A DNA stretch of 59,416 bases from Candidatus Geocrenenecus huangii (GCA_023254095.1 JALNLM010000005.1:56383-115798); one strand, 5' to 3'; positions 1 through 11,347 are shown, counted from the first letter of the stretch. Program-made: numbers and translations. The notes: a model not told the origin generated them from the letters alone.

Positions 1-376
1 AGTAGTCTTAACAACCGTAGCGCAGAGAATGTATAAAAAAATGAGACTAAAGCTATTAGCTTAAAAATTTAAGGCGAAACTAACAACTCGACCTATTTTA
101 TGGACGTTGCATAAGATGGCTTGAAGAGCTTTCGCCTGCTTGAAGATTTTCTGGCTATTTGACAGCAAGTCCAGATATGCGTCAATCTTCCATAGGTTGG
201 AGTAATTTCTAGATACTCTGTGATTGAGCATTGAATGTATATATTGGGAGACATCTTTATTATTTGCTGGGCCGCCGGCTAGCGTAAACTTTAAAATAAA
301 GAATACCATCTCACATATGAAGACTTGGAGATTAAGAGTGTTTATATTTTGAGAAAAACGTTTATCTTAAAAGTTA

Positions 377-3300
377 ATGGAGGGAATGCAAAATATGTTA
401 AAGCAGATTGAATTAACAAAGGATGATTTATGGGAAGTCATGAGAGCGTTTATCGAAGAGGAAGGATTAGTGGAGCATCACATGAAGTCATACAACTATT
501 TTGTGAGAGAAGGATTAAGAGAATTAGTTCAGTCTCTCGGAGACCTTGAAGTAAAAACAAGATACGGTACTCTAATACTTAAGTTGAGCAACCCGGAGGT
601 TGGGGCTCCTAGGCTTGTCGAGATGGATGGGACAGTAATAGAGAATGTTAAACCGATGGAATGCAGGTTAAGAAATCTAACTTATGCTGCACCTCTTTAT
701 GTTAGAGTAAGCCTGTATCTAGATGGTAAACCTATTTCAAGCGACCGGATAGAAGTAGGGATCTTACCTGTAATGGTGAAGTCTGAGATATGCCCATTAT
801 CAAAGATGACCGACGAAGAATTGATAGAAATAGGTGAGGATCCGAAAGATCCTGGAGGATACTTTATTATAAATGGTTCGGAGAGAGTGATAGTAGCTAT
901 CGAGGACCTCGCACCTAATAGGATACTTGTAACAGAGAAAGATTTAGAGGGTGGGCAGCTAAGCGCCATAGTCTTGTCTACTATACATGGCAGGCAGTCC
1001 AGAGTGGAGGTAACATATAAACATGGTGGACCACTAAAAGTATTCTTCTCAAGAATCTACAAAGGCATACCTGCCATCATAATGCTTAGAGCATTGGGAA
1101 TGGTAAATGATAAAGACATAGTTAACATGGTTTCAAGCTTGAGAGAAGTTCAGGAGCTTCTAGCTTCATCATTCCAAGAGGCCGAAGGAGTAGATAGTGA
1201 GGCGGAAGCATTAAGATATATTGGTAACAGGATAGCCTTCGGATACGCTGAAGAATATCGTGTACAGAGAGCTGAACAACTAATAGATACTGTCTTCCTT
1301 CCACATATTGGTACGTCTAAAGCTGCCAGATACCAGAAGGCAATCTTCCTCTGCGAGATGATCGGCAAACTATTAGAGACGAGTCTTAAGATTAGAAAGA
1401 CAAGCGATAGAGACCATTACGCTAATAAGAGAGTGAAGCTCGCTGGACCATTATTGATGGAGCTTTATAGAATGGCCTTCATGAAGCTTCTCAGAGATGT
1501 AAGATATCAGCTTGAGAGGCTGGCCTCCTCCCGGTATCCTGTAAACGTATCAACATTCGTTAGACCTGGAATAGTAACGGATTTTGTAAAACATGCTTTC
1601 GCCACAGGCAATTGGCCTGGAGGAAGAGTAGGGGTAACGCAGCTATTGAATAGAACAAACTACCTAGCTACATTAAGCCATCTAAGGAGAGTCCAGTCCT
1701 CACTAAGTAGAAGCCAGCCACACTTCGAGGCAAGGGATCTGCATGGAACACATTTTGGGAGGATCTGTCCAGCGGAAACACCTGAAGGGTCAAACTGTGG
1801 TTTAGTTAAGAACCTTGCATTAAGCGCTACTGTAAGCCGTCAAGCTAAGAAGAGAGAACTCTTAGAGAAGCTCTACTCTGCTGGAGTACTCCCATTTACA
1901 GAGATGTGGTCTAGGAAGAGAGCATACCCAACTAAAGTATTCGTTGACGGGTTACTCGTAGGTTTCCATACAAATGGGAGAGAGCTTGTCAAAACGCTTA
2001 GAGAGCTTAGGAGAAGAAATGAGATAAGCAGTGAGGTGAGCATCGTACTCTATAGTTACGAGCATGTACAAGAGGTCTGGGTAAACACTGATGAAGGGAG
2101 AGTTATGAGACCATTAATAATCGTGGAGAATGGTAAGCCCCTACTTACGAAATCTGATATAGAAAACTTGAAGAATAAGACTCTAAGATTCAGAGACTTG
2201 GTGGCTCAGGGAAAAATAGAGTTCGTAGATGCTGAAGAAGAAGAAAACGCGTATGTAGCTTTATCGCCTGAAACTGTTACCCACGAGCATACTCATCTAG
2301 AGATATGCCCCTACGCGATGTTCGGAGTCGTTGCAGCAACCATACCTTACGCAGAACATAATCAATCTCCGAGGAACGTCTATCAAGGAGCTATGGGTAA
2401 GCAGGCTCTCGGAATGTTTGCTATCAACTATGAGCTTAGAGTAGATTCTAGAATGCATATCCTAGTCTATCCTCAGAAACCTCTTGTAACCACCAAGGCT
2501 ATAAACCTGCTTGGAATGAATGAGAGACCCGTAGGTCAAAACATGGTTGTAGCAGTCTTAACCGGGCAAGGATACAACATGGAGGACGCAATAGTCTTAA
2601 ACAAGTCGGCTATTGAGAGAGGCCTAGGATTATCACTAAGCTATAGAACATACGAGATCGAGGCAAGAACATACATTGGGGGACAGAGAGATAGAATAGA
2701 GGTACCAGACCCATCCGTCAGAGGCTACAGGGGAGAACAAGCTTACAGAGTCTTAGATGATGATGGGTTAGCGCACATCGAGTCAGAAGTTACTGGAGGG
2801 ACTGTAATAATAGGTGTAAAGAGCCCACCTAGATTCATGGAAGAATATCAGAGAGCTCCGGCTAGAGAAATGGTTTGGCGTGATGCATCCGAGACTGTTA
2901 GACCGTCAGAGGCTGGAGTAGTCGAAGACATATTCATTACGAGGACCGATGAAGGAAACAAGCTTATCAAAGCAAAGGTTAGAACATTCTGTTTCGCTGA
3001 GATAGGTGATAAATTCTCTTCAAGACATGGACAGAAGGGAGTAATAGGGATGGTCTTCTCTCAGGAAGACATGCCCTACACCGAAAGCGGAATAGTACCT
3101 GACCTGATAATTAACCCGCATGCTTTCCCAAGCAGGATGACCGTGGGTCAGCTCATAGAGAGTATGGCTGGAAAATTAGCAGCACTGAGAGGAGAATTCA
3201 TAGATGGAACACCTTTCATGGGTAAACCTCTCGAAGAACTTAGAAGAGAGCTAGAGGCATTAGGGTTCAAGAACACTGGTAAAGAGATAATGTATGATGG

Positions 3301-3742
3301 CCTGTCAGGTAAAAAGTTTGAGGCAGAGATCTTCGTGGGGGTAGTATATTATCAGAGACTACACCACCTCGTAAGAGACAAGATCCATGCAAGAGCACGT
3401 GGACAAGTTCAGATACTTACAAGACAGCCTACCGAGGGTAGAAGCAGAGGTGGAGGATTAAAGTTTGGGGAGATGGAGAGGGATTGCCTCATAGCTCATG
3501 GTGCAAGCTACCTTCTACTAGATAGGCTCTTAGAACAGAGCGATAAGTATACCGCATACTTCTGCCAGGAATGCGGTCTTCCAGCATACTACGACTTGAA
3601 GCAGGAGAGATTCATATGCCCCGTTCATGGGAAGGACGTCAAGGTTAAGCCTGTAACAATGTCTTATGCATTCTATCTACTACTTGAAGAGATGATAAGC
3701 ATGGGCATCATGCCTAAGCTCATATTCGAGGAGGTGATGTAG
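377..3742 (+). CDS. rpoB: DNA-directed RNA polymerase subunit B (unsplit Rpo2)
   Basis: Motifs GGYFIINGSERV, GRICPAETPEG, GDKFSSRHGQKG, GGLKFGEMERD and a C-terminal Zn ribbon; 1121 aa. Confidence 0.99.
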   Translation: MEGMQNMLKQIELTKDDLWEVMRAFIEEEGLVEHHMKSYNYFVREGLRELVQSLGDLEVKTRYGTLILKLSNPEVGAPRLVEMDGTVIENVKPMECRLRNLTYAAPLYVRVSLYLDGKPISSDRIEVGILPVMVKSEICPLSKMTDEELIEIGEDPKDPGGYFIINGSERVIVAIEDLAPNRILVTEKDLEGGQLSAIVLSTIHGRQSRVEVTYKHGGPLKVFFSRIYKGIPAIIMLRALGMVNDKDIVNMVSSLREVQELLASSFQEAEGVDSEAEALRYIGNRIAFGYAEEYRVQRAEQLIDTVFLPHIGTSKAARYQKAIFLCEMIGKLLETSLKIRKTSDRDHYANKRVKLAGPLLMELYRMAFMKLLRDVRYQLERLASSRYPVNVSTFVRPGIVTDFVKHAFATGNWPGGRVGVTQLLNRTNYLATLSHLRRVQSSLSRSQPHFEARDLHGTHFGRICPAETPEGSNCGLVKNLALSATVSRQAKKRELLEKLYSAGVLPFTEMWSRKRAYPTKVFVDGLLVGFHTNGRELVKTLRELRRRNEISSEVSIVLYSYEHVQEVWVNTDEGRVMRPLIIVENGKPLLTKSDIENLKNKTLRFRDLVAQGKIEFVDAEEEENAYVALSPETVTHEHTHLEICPYAMFGVVAATIPYAEHNQSPRNVYQGAMGKQALGMFAINYELRVDSRMHILVYPQKPLVTTKAINLLGMNERPVGQNMVVAVLTGQGYNMEDAIVLNKSAIERGLGLSLSYRTYEIEARTYIGGQRDRIEVPDPSVRGYRGEQAYRVLDDDGLAHIESEVTGGTVIIGVKSPPRFMEEYQRAPAREMVWRDASETVRPSEAGVVEDIFITRTDEGNKLIKAKVRTFCFAEIGDKFSSRHGQKGVIGMVFSQEDMPYTESGIVPDLIINPHAFPSRMTVGQLIESMAGKLAALRGEFIDGTPFMGKPLEELRRELEALGFKNTGKEIMYDGLSGKKFEAEIFVGVVYYQRLHHLVRDKIHARARGQVQILTRQPTEGRSRGGGLKFGEMERDCLIAHGASYLLLDRLLEQSDKYTAYFCQECGLPAYYDLKQERFICPVHGKDVKVKPVTMSYAFYLLLEEMISMGIMPKLIFEEVM

Positions 3743-3743
3743 A

Positions 3744-6700
3744 ACGTCATATATTGGGACTGTATCAGCAATAAAGTTTGGAATACTTTCTCCAGACTTG
3801 ATAAGAGAGATGAGTGTAGCAGAAATACAGAACCCCGATACATATGATGAGGACGGCATGCCTGTGCCCGGCGGAGTAATGGATCCAAGGCTTGGAACAC
3901 TGGAGCCGGGGCAGAGATGTAAGACGTGTGGTAACACCTATCTAAACTGTCCAGGCCATTTCGGTCACATAGAGCTTCCAGTCCCGGTAATACATGTAGG
4001 ATTCGTAAAGCAGATCTATAACCTGCTTAAATCAACATGTAGAAGTTGTGGAAGAATCCTGCTATCGGACGAGGATGTCTTACACTATAAAGCTAAGATA
4101 GAGGAAATGAAGAAGGCTGGAAAGATAAGTAGAGAAATCTTCTACAAGATTCTCCAGAAGGCGATGTCTACGACTACCTGCCCACATTGTGATGAACGCC
4201 AGCTGAAGATCGAGTTGGAGAAGCCGACGACCTTCATAGAAATAACGGATGAAGGACCTAGAAGGCTTACACCTCACGCTGTTAGAGCGAGACTTGAGAG
4301 AATTCCTGACGAAGACCTAGAGCTGCTGGACGTAGACCCGAAGGTTGCTAGACCAGAGTGGATGGTTCTAACGGTACTTCCTGTCCCGCCCGTATACGTG
4401 AGACCCAGTATAACCCTTGAATCGGGATTCAGGAGTGAAGACGACCTAACCCATAAGCTGGTCGACATACTTAGAGTAGCCCAAAGACTTAAAGAGAATA
4501 TTAATGCAGGTTCACCTTCACCCGTGATAGTCGAGCTTGCAGACCTCCTCCAATACCATGTAACAACATATCTGAATAATGAGGTGCCTGGAGTAGCTCC
4601 AGCAACCCATAGAAGCGGTAGACCATTGAAGACGTTAGCACAACGTCTAAAAGGGAAGGAGGGGAGATTTAGATTAAATCTAAGCGGTAAGAGGGTGGAC
4701 TTCTCTGCTAGAACCGTCATCTCTCCCGATCCAAAAATTAGCATAGATGAAGTAGGAGTACCTCTAGATGTCTCCATGCAGTTAACTGTTCCAGAAAGAG
4801 TAACAGAATGGAACATTGAGAGGCTTAGACAATATGTTAGGAATGGTCCAGAAAAGTATCCGGGTGCGAAATACGTGACTAGACCTGATGGTAAGAGGAT
4901 AAGATTAAAATTCGCACAGGACTTGGATGAGGTTGCAAACGCTCTTGAGCCAGGCTACATTGTTGAAAGACACTTGATAGATGGAGACATAGTTCTCTTT
5001 AACCGTCAACCAAGTCTTCACAGGATGTCTATAATGGCTCACAGAGTTAAGGTCTTGCCATACAAGACTTTTAGATTAAATCTTTGTGTATGCACACCAT
5101 ATAATGCGGACTTTGACGGAGATGAGATGAATCTACATGTACCTCAAAGTGAAGAGGCACAGACAGAGGCGAGACTTCTCCTCATAGTTCAAAACAACAT
5201 ACTCTCACCGAGGTACGGCGCACCAATCATAGGGGCCATAAGAGATTTCATTACGGCCTTATATCTTCTCACGAAGCCAGGCACATACCTAAACAAAAAG
5301 GAGCTATCATACCTCTTATCTCAGATATCGTATATTGGAGAACTTCCCGAGCCTGAGATTAAAGAGCCTGAGCCTAAGTGGAGTGGAAGACAGGTCTTCA
5401 GCCTTCTACTACCGAAAGGATTCAATCATAGGTTTAAAGCATCTTTCTCTCCAGATATCGAGGTTGTCATAGAAGATGGAAAACTAGTTAAAGGTGTGAT
5501 AGACAAAGGTGCGATAGGAGTTGAGAAAGCTAACAGTATACTTCACAGGATAGCCATGGAGTATGGCTCTGAGGCAGCTAAAGAATTCATCAACAATATT
5601 GTTAGGATAGCTAACACCTATTTGAATCTTAGAGGCTTCAGTTTCGGAATAGACGACCTATACGTCCCTGAAGAAGCCTACAAAGAAATAGAGAACATAT
5701 TCAAGAAGATGGACGAGGCGTTCAATACGCTTAAATCAGAGTATGAGAAGGGTAGGATAGAGATTAAACCTGGAGAAACATCTGAACAAGCTTTTGAATC
5801 GAATATTCTGACTATACTCGCTGAGGCGAGAGACGCTGCAGGTAAAGTCGTTAGGAGACACATATCTCCGGAGAGCAGCGCAGTAGTAATGACTAGGACG
5901 GGGGCCAGAGGGTCACTACTAAACATAGACCAGATGGTTGGGGTAGTAGGTCAGCAAGCAGTTAGGAGAGAAAGAGTAAAGAGAGGATTCACAGACAGAG
6001 TATTACCATTCTTCAAGCCTGGAGATGCTTCACCGAAAGCCAGAGGATTCGTATATCACTCATTCATCCAAGGATTAGATCCTATAGAAACATTCTTCCA
6101 CATGGCGGGAGGAAGAGACGGACTGGTAGATACAGCTGTAAGAACACAGCAAAGCGGATACATGCAGAGAAGATTGATCAATGCATTAGAATCTCTTTAC
6201 GTCGAGTATGATGGAACGGTCAGGATGATGGATCACAAGAAGATCGTCCAGTTCCTCTACGGTGAAGATGGGATAGATCCCTCTAAAAGCTATCATGGGG
6301 AAGCCGTAAACCTGGACATAATAATAAGTAGGCTAGGACTAAGGCCTGGTCGAGAACAACTTCCCATAGAAGAAGTAGAGCAGCTAACCTCAAAATACAC
6401 CGATAGACTTCCGAGGCTTGTATTAGGGAAAATTAAGAAGAAGATAACGGATATGAAGTTTAGCAGAGAGGATGCGGAGAAGTTTATCAAAGAAGTCTAC
6501 AGAGAGTATTTGAAGAATAGGGTAGAGCCTGGTGAAGCTATAGGAATAGTCACAGCCCAATCGATTGGAGAACCTAGCACGCAGTTAACCCTTAGAACAT
6601 TTCACTTTGCGGGAGTTAGAGAGCAGAGTATACTCTTAGGGCTTCCAAGACTTATAGAGATAGTTGATGCGCGAAAAACCCCCTCAACACCTATTATGAG

Positions 6701-7544
6701 GATACCGCTTGAGCCAGAATACGCACAGAATAAAGCTAAAGCTCAAAAGCTAGTTAAACAGATCCAGTCCACTTACTTTGAGGATATCGTATCAAGTGTG
6801 GGATTCAACTTGAAGAAGAACGCGTTGATCCTCCAACTAGATGAGCAGGCAATGAAAGAACATAACGTAACACTTAGCGATATCGAGGAGGCAGTGAAAC
6901 AGATGAAGTACAGCTATGAATATAAAGAGGACAAGTTGACGATCTACGCTCCTGAAGAAAGTACTCTAAGCCTCGATCAGCTGAAAGAAAAAATACTTTC
7001 TTCAAGAGTTAAAGGAGTAAGGAAAATAACGAAAGCTATACTAAAGTATGAGAAGGGAGAATACGTTATTCTCACGGAAGGCTCTAACCTGAGAGAGATA
7101 ATGACTCTTCCAGGAGTAGATAATAGACGAGTATGGACGAACAACATACATGAGATAGCAGAGGTCCTTGGAATAGAAGCAGCGAGAGAAGCAATAGTTA
7201 GAGAGTTAAAACATGTTCTCGAAGAGCAAGGCCTAGACGTAGATGTAAGGCATCTTCTACTCCTAGCAGATGTAATGACCCTAAACGGCTCGGTCAAGCA
7301 AGTAGGCAGACATGGAGTAGTTAGGTTAAAGAGTAGCCCGCTAGCTAGAGCGGCCTTCGAGATAAGCGTCCAGACACTACTAGACGCTGCTGTGAGAGGA
7401 GAAGTGGATACTTTGAGAGGAAACGTTGAACGTATATTAATAGGTAGAGAGATACTGGTGGGAACAGGGCAGGTAACATTACTAATGAAGCATCCAAGAG
7501 TCGCAAATATGTTGGAGGAGGAATCTACGGATAGCAATCTCTAG
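3744..7544 (+). CDS. rpoA: DNA-directed RNA polymerase subunit A, fused A'+A'' (Rpo1)
   Basis: NADFDGD catalytic motif, CPGHFGH, and the A'' region (GEPSTQLTLRTFHFAG) in one ORF. The conserved N-terminal SAIKFGILSPD lies upstream of the ORF-track TTG (3798); start placed at an in-frame ACG (3744) after a GGAGGTGA SD. Confidence 0.97.
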   Translation, partial: TSYIGTVSAIKFGILSPDLIREMSVAEIQNPDTYDEDGMPVPGGVMDPRLGTLEPGQRCKTCGNTYLNCPGHFGHIELPVPVIHVGFVKQIYNLLKSTCRSCGRILLSDEDVLHYKAKIEEMKKAGKISREIFYKILQKAMSTTTCPHCDERQLKIELEKPTTFIEITDEGPRRLTPHAVRARLERIPDEDLELLDVDPKVARPEWMVLTVLPVPPVYVRPSITLESGFRSEDDLTHKLVDILRVAQRLKENINAGSPSPVIVELADLLQYHVTTYLNNEVPGVAPATHRSGRPLKTLAQRLKGKEGRFRLNLSGKRVDFSARTVISPDPKISIDEVGVPLDVSMQLTVPERVTEWNIERLRQYVRNGPEKYPGAKYVTRPDGKRIRLKFAQDLDEVANALEPGYIVERHLIDGDIVLFNRQPSLHRMSIMAHRVKVLPYKTFRLNLCVCTPYNADFDGDEMNLHVPQSEEAQTEARLLLIVQNNILSPRYGAPIIGAIRDFITALYLLTKPGTYLNKKELSYLLSQISYIGELPEPEIKEPEPKWSGRQVFSLLLPKGFNHRFKASFSPDIEVVIEDGKLVKGVIDKGAIGVEKANSILHRIAMEYGSEAAKEFINNIVRIANTYLNLRGFSFGIDDLYVPEEAYKEIENIFKKMDEAFNTLKSEYEKGRIEIKPGETSEQAFESNILTILAEARDAAGKVVRRHISPESSAVVMTRTGARGSLLNIDQMVGVVGQQAVRRERVKRGFTDRVLPFFKPGDASPKARGFVYHSFIQGLDPIETFFHMAGGRDGLVDTAVRTQQSGYMQRRLINALESLYVEYDGTVRMMDHKKIVQFLYGEDGIDPSKSYHGEAVNLDIIISRLGLRPGREQLPIEEVEQLTSKYTDRLPRLVLGKIKKKITDMKFSREDAEKFIKEVYREYLKNRVEPGEAIGIVTAQSIGEPSTQLTLRTFHFAGVREQSILLGLPRLIEIVDARKTPSTPIMRIPLEPEYAQNKAKAQKLVKQIQSTYFEDIVSSVGFNLKKNALILQLDEQAMKEHNVTLSDIEEAVKQMKYSYEYKEDKLTIYAPEESTLSLDQLKEKILSSRVKGVRKITKAILKYEKGEYVILTEGSNLREIMTLPGVDNRRVWTNNIHEIAEVLGIEAAREAIVRELKHVLEEQGLDVDVRHLLLLADVMTLNGSVKQVGRHGVVRLKSSPLARAAFEISVQTLLDAAVRGEVDTLRGNVERILIGREILVGTGQVTLLMKHPRVANMLEEESTDSNL

Positions 7545-7673
7545 GGGAAAAAGAATCAGCTAGCCATAGAAGATAACAGGTAAAAACTGGACCATTGCAT
7601 TAGAGCGGGATAGCTATGGTTATACCTGAATTTTATTTTATCTTTAATTAAGTATTTATTGTTCCTTTAACGT

Positions 7674-8042
7674 ATGGTCAATGAGATGTCTATACTGTCC
7701 TCTACAGAGCCGATCGAAATAGAGCTGAAAGACCTCAAGAGACATCTAGAGGTAATAAGTAGAACAGGTAAGATAATCTTTGGATTCAGGCAGAGTAAAC
7801 TCGCCGTATTGAATAGGAAAGCGAAGCTCGTCATCTTATCGAGAGACTGCCCACCGAGTCTTGAAAGAGAGATAAAGATCGTTTGCAAAATGTCAGCAAC
7901 ACCCTACTTGAAATCTAACGCCTCGAGTAGAGAGCTAAGCTACATGGCGGGGAAGCCTTTTACCTCAGCAGTCATCTCAATAGTAGATTTCGGCTCATCC
8001 AATCTCCTAGAACAAATTACAGGAACACAAGAACAGTTCTAA
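7674..8042 (+). CDS. rpl30e: 50S ribosomal protein L30e
   Basis: TGKIIFG...AKLVILSRDCP...ELSYMAGKPF motif; canonical position after rpoA. Confidence 0.9.
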   Translation: MVNEMSILSSTEPIEIELKDLKRHLEVISRTGKIIFGFRQSKLAVLNRKAKLVILSRDCPPSLEREIKIVCKMSATPYLKSNASSRELSYMAGKPFTSAVISIVDFGSSNLLEQITGTQEQF

Positions 8043-8135
8043 AATCTGGTTGATATAACATTATGCTGATAATGTATTAAATGTTCTGGAAACTATTTAT
8101 GAGACCTAGCAGAAAAATCAGCGGGAGTAGAAAGT

Positions 8136-9107
8136 ATGGAGTATACAAGTTTAGGTAAGACAGATGTAAAAGTTTCTAGGATAGGGCTTGGAGCATGGCA
8201 GTTCAGTGAAGATTGGGGGCTGACAGAATACCAGGAAGCTAGAAAAATAGTTAGTAAAGCCGTAGAACACGGTATAAATTTCTTTGATACGGCGATGGTG
8301 TATGGACAAGGGGTTAGTGAAAACATTCTTGGAAAAGCATTAAACGAGATAGGGGTGAAGAGAGACCAGATCATCGTATCTACGAAGATCCCTGGAGAGT
8401 TCTTAAACCCTGAAGATGTCTATAAGTCGGTCAATAAATCTTTAGAGATACTTGGCCTAAAGTATATTGATGTGCTTCTAGCTCATTGGCCTCCATGCTG
8501 GCACAATTACCCAACATACAAGTATGCTAGAGCGATGGAGAAACTGGTAAAGATGGGTTTAGTAAATTATCTAGGTCTAAGCGATTATCCTGTAGAATTG
8601 GTTGAAAGTTTTAGAAGTAGCCTCGCCTCTACAGACATCGAAGTCTTTCAGATTAGGTATAACTTGGTGGAAAGGTGGGCTGAAGAAGAATTGATACCGT
8701 ATGCAGAGGCATGTAAAATAACTGTTCAGGCCTGGAGCCCTATCGCTAAAGGAGCATTGACTGGGAAATATACATTAGACAATCTTCCAAGATTCGAGGA
8801 TGTTAGAGCTGGAGAGCCAATATTTCATCCAGATAATTTCACGAGGATATGGCCTGTCATCGTTAAACTGAAAGAGATAGCTGAAAAGTATGGGAAGAAG
8901 CCTATCCAAGTCGCTTTAAACTGGTTGATAATGTCTAGTCATGTCATAGTCCCAATACCTGGAGCAAAGAATACTCAGCAGGTTGAAGAGTTGGTAGACT
9001 CGGTTGGGTGGAGGATGAATTACACAGACTGGCTTGAGCTTGAAGAACTCAGCAGCAGGATAAACATTCTTCATTCAGTCTTCTACTTGAAATATCAGAA
9101 GTTTTAG
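8136..9107 (+). CDS. Aldo/keto reductase
   Basis: IGLGAWQF, GINFFDTAMVYG, STK, HWP, AWSPIAKGALTGK, IPGAK motifs. Confidence 0.95.
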   Translation: MEYTSLGKTDVKVSRIGLGAWQFSEDWGLTEYQEARKIVSKAVEHGINFFDTAMVYGQGVSENILGKALNEIGVKRDQIIVSTKIPGEFLNPEDVYKSVNKSLEILGLKYIDVLLAHWPPCWHNYPTYKYARAMEKLVKMGLVNYLGLSDYPVELVESFRSSLASTDIEVFQIRYNLVERWAEEELIPYAEACKITVQAWSPIAKGALTGKYTLDNLPRFEDVRAGEPIFHPDNFTRIWPVIVKLKEIAEKYGKKPIQVALNWLIMSSHVIVPIPGAKNTQQVEELVDSVGWRMNYTDWLELEELSSRINILHSVFYLKYQKF

Positions 9108-9210
9108 CAAGCCCTGATAAATAGAGCTACCTTAAACCTAAAAATACATTAAATGTATCCATAGATAACCTAGCAAACAATTATTAACTAACGTAGAGAG
9201 GTTTCTAGAG

Positions 9211-10530
9211 ATGTTGCTGGAGCCTCCTAGAGGGATGGACGACCTCCTCCCTGAAGAATATGCGTTGAAACAATTCATAGTAGACACTATAAGGCATGTT
9301 TACAGTGATTACGGGTACCTAGAAGTTGAAACGCCTACAGTAGAATATTACGAGCTCTTCGAAGCCAAATCGGGAGAAGAGATTAGAGATAGGATGTTCG
9401 ACTTCCATGATAAAGCTGGTAGAAGATGCGTTCTGAGACCTGAAGTGACCGCATCAATAGCTAGGCTTGTATCTACTAAGTTAAAAGCAGTTGCTCCACC
9501 TATAAGACTGGGATACATTGCTGACTGCTATAGATATGATGAGCCTCAATGGGGTAGAAGGCGTAGATTTTGGCAAGGAGGATTCGAGGTCTTCGGGTCA
9601 AGCAACCCACTCTCGGATGCAGAGATACTACAAGTGAGTTATCAAGTCTTCAAGAAGATAGGATTAGGAGAACAATATTTCAAGATCGGTCACGCAGGCA
9701 TACTTAGAAGCATACTAGAGTCATATAAGGTAGATGAGAAGACACAAGATAGAATTCTGACATCAATAGATAGGGGGAGAGTCGAGGAAGCATACAGTAT
9801 GATGAGAAGCTCGCATGTAGAGGACGAAGCCATAAAAACAATCAAGGAATTAGTAGAGTCACCGCCTATTGCTTGGGGAGTAGACTCAATGGATAAAAAT
9901 ATTCTTAACAGGATAAAAGGTATACTCTCTTCCTGGAGGGGAGCCTTACAAGCTTTCGAGAATCTACTAGAGATAGTAGAACTAGCTAATACGAGTGGTG
10001 TAGATTCACCGATGTATCTAATGCCCGGTATGGCTAGAGGGCTAGAATACTATACAGGCTTCATATTCGAGCAGTCAGTACCAGACGCAGAAGTCTCGCT
10101 TAATGGAGGGGGAAGATATGATAAGCTTGTTGAGTTATTCGGTGGGAAACCAACACCTGCAGTGGGATGCGCCATTGGAATATCTAGAATAATGCAGTAC
10201 ATGGTAGAGAAGAGAGGTATTAGAGTGAGACCAAAGAGACCTAGAATATTCTTAGCATATCTGCAGGATGTGGATAAGAGGTATATAGCTAAGGTTTTAA
10301 ACATCTTGAGGAGAGAGAACATCCCTCTAGAAGTGGACTTGATAGAGAGGAGGATAACCTCTGCACTAGAATACGCTGTAAAGAATGACTTCAAGTATCT
10401 GCTGATAATCGGTAAATCTGAAGAAGAATCAAACGAAGTCAGTATAAGGGATTTGGAGAAGAAGATCCAGACGAGGTTCAAGATAGAAGAGGTGGGCAGG
10501 ATCAAGAAGATGCTGGAAGAAGTGAATTAG
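9211..10530 (+). CDS. hisS: Histidine--tRNA ligase
   Basis: PRGMDD, LRPEVTAS, YRYDEPQWGR, RGLEYYTG, GGGRYD and C-terminal anticodon-binding domain. Confidence 0.97.
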   Translation: MLLEPPRGMDDLLPEEYALKQFIVDTIRHVYSDYGYLEVETPTVEYYELFEAKSGEEIRDRMFDFHDKAGRRCVLRPEVTASIARLVSTKLKAVAPPIRLGYIADCYRYDEPQWGRRRRFWQGGFEVFGSSNPLSDAEILQVSYQVFKKIGLGEQYFKIGHAGILRSILESYKVDEKTQDRILTSIDRGRVEEAYSMMRSSHVEDEAIKTIKELVESPPIAWGVDSMDKNILNRIKGILSSWRGALQAFENLLEIVELANTSGVDSPMYLMPGMARGLEYYTGFIFEQSVPDAEVSLNGGGRYDKLVELFGGKPTPAVGCAIGISRIMQYMVEKRGIRVRPKRPRIFLAYLQDVDKRYIAKVLNILRRENIPLEVDLIERRITSALEYAVKNDFKYLLIIGKSEEESNEVSIRDLEKKIQTRFKIEEVGRIKKMLEEVN

Positions 10531-10531
10531 G

Positions 10532-11347
10532 TTGAGCTACCTTGACCCTCTCACGCATCTTGAGGCAATAACCATTCTAGCCATCATCTTCCTACTCTCC
10601 ATAAAGTTCAAGTTTGTCGACGTCGGAGGAGTGACTGCATCGTTCGTAGTTGGATACGTGATATACGTCTTTGGTGGAAGAAACTATTTCCTAGCATTAA
10701 TCGCTTTCTACCTAGTCTCAGTAGTCTTCACGAAGATTCGAGTTAGAAAGGTAAGAGAAGTGGAAAATAAGGAGTCTGGAATTAGAGGTTGGCGGAATGT
10801 CGTCGCAAATGGTATCACAGCAACCATCGCGGCCATAGCTTCCGGGCTATCAGGGGAGGAAAAGATATTCTATGCCGCGTATCTTGGAGCATTATCTTCT
10901 GCGTTTGCAGATACTTTAGCAACGGAGATAGGCTTACTCTATCCTAAAATGCCTAGGCTGATAACGAGTATGAGGAAGGTTAAGCCGGGCACACCTGGAG
11001 CGGTAACCACGCTAGGATATCTTGGCGGATTAATAGGTATGACTATCCTAGCACTCATAAGCTCTACGATAGATAGAAAGTTTACAATACATGAAGTATT
11101 AGCGATAATATATTCATCAGGGCTGGTTGGAATGACTGTTGACAGCTTACTTGGGGCAACAGTCCAAGCAAAGTACAGATGTAGGATATGTGGGAAGAAG
11201 ACTGAGTCACCCATTCACTGCGGTCTTAGAGCTGAGCAGGTAGAAGGTATAGAATACATTAATACTCATACGGTGAACTTTGTAGCAACAGTTATAGGTG
11301 CAGTCACTGCGAGCATAGTAACAACGTTCCTCACCACAACAAGATAA
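10532..11347 (+). CDS. DUF92/TMEM19-family membrane protein
   Basis: RGWRNVVANG, ADTLATEIG, PGTPGAVT, DSLLGATVQA motifs; multiple TM segments. Confidence 0.88.
   Translation: MSYLDPLTHLEAITILAIIFLLSIKFKFVDVGGVTASFVVGYVIYVFGGRNYFLALIAFYLVSVVFTKIRVRKVREVENKESGIRGWRNVVANGITATIAAIASGLSGEEKIFYAAYLGALSSAFADTLATEIGLLYPKMPRLITSMRKVKPGTPGAVTTLGYLGGLIGMTILALISSTIDRKFTIHEVLAIIYSSGLVGMTVDSLLGATVQAKYRCRICGKKTESPIHCGLRAEQVEGIEYINTHTVNFVATVIGAVTASIVTTFLTTTR

Noticed and set aside
61-309. 82-aa minus-strand ORF upstream of rpoB
   Set aside because: No recognisable motif and not RpoH; cannot be supported.
697-7537. Numerous antisense ORFs within rpoB/rpoA (and similar ones across the window)
   Set aside because: Ser/Leu-rich shadow frames of well-supported genes on the opposite strand.
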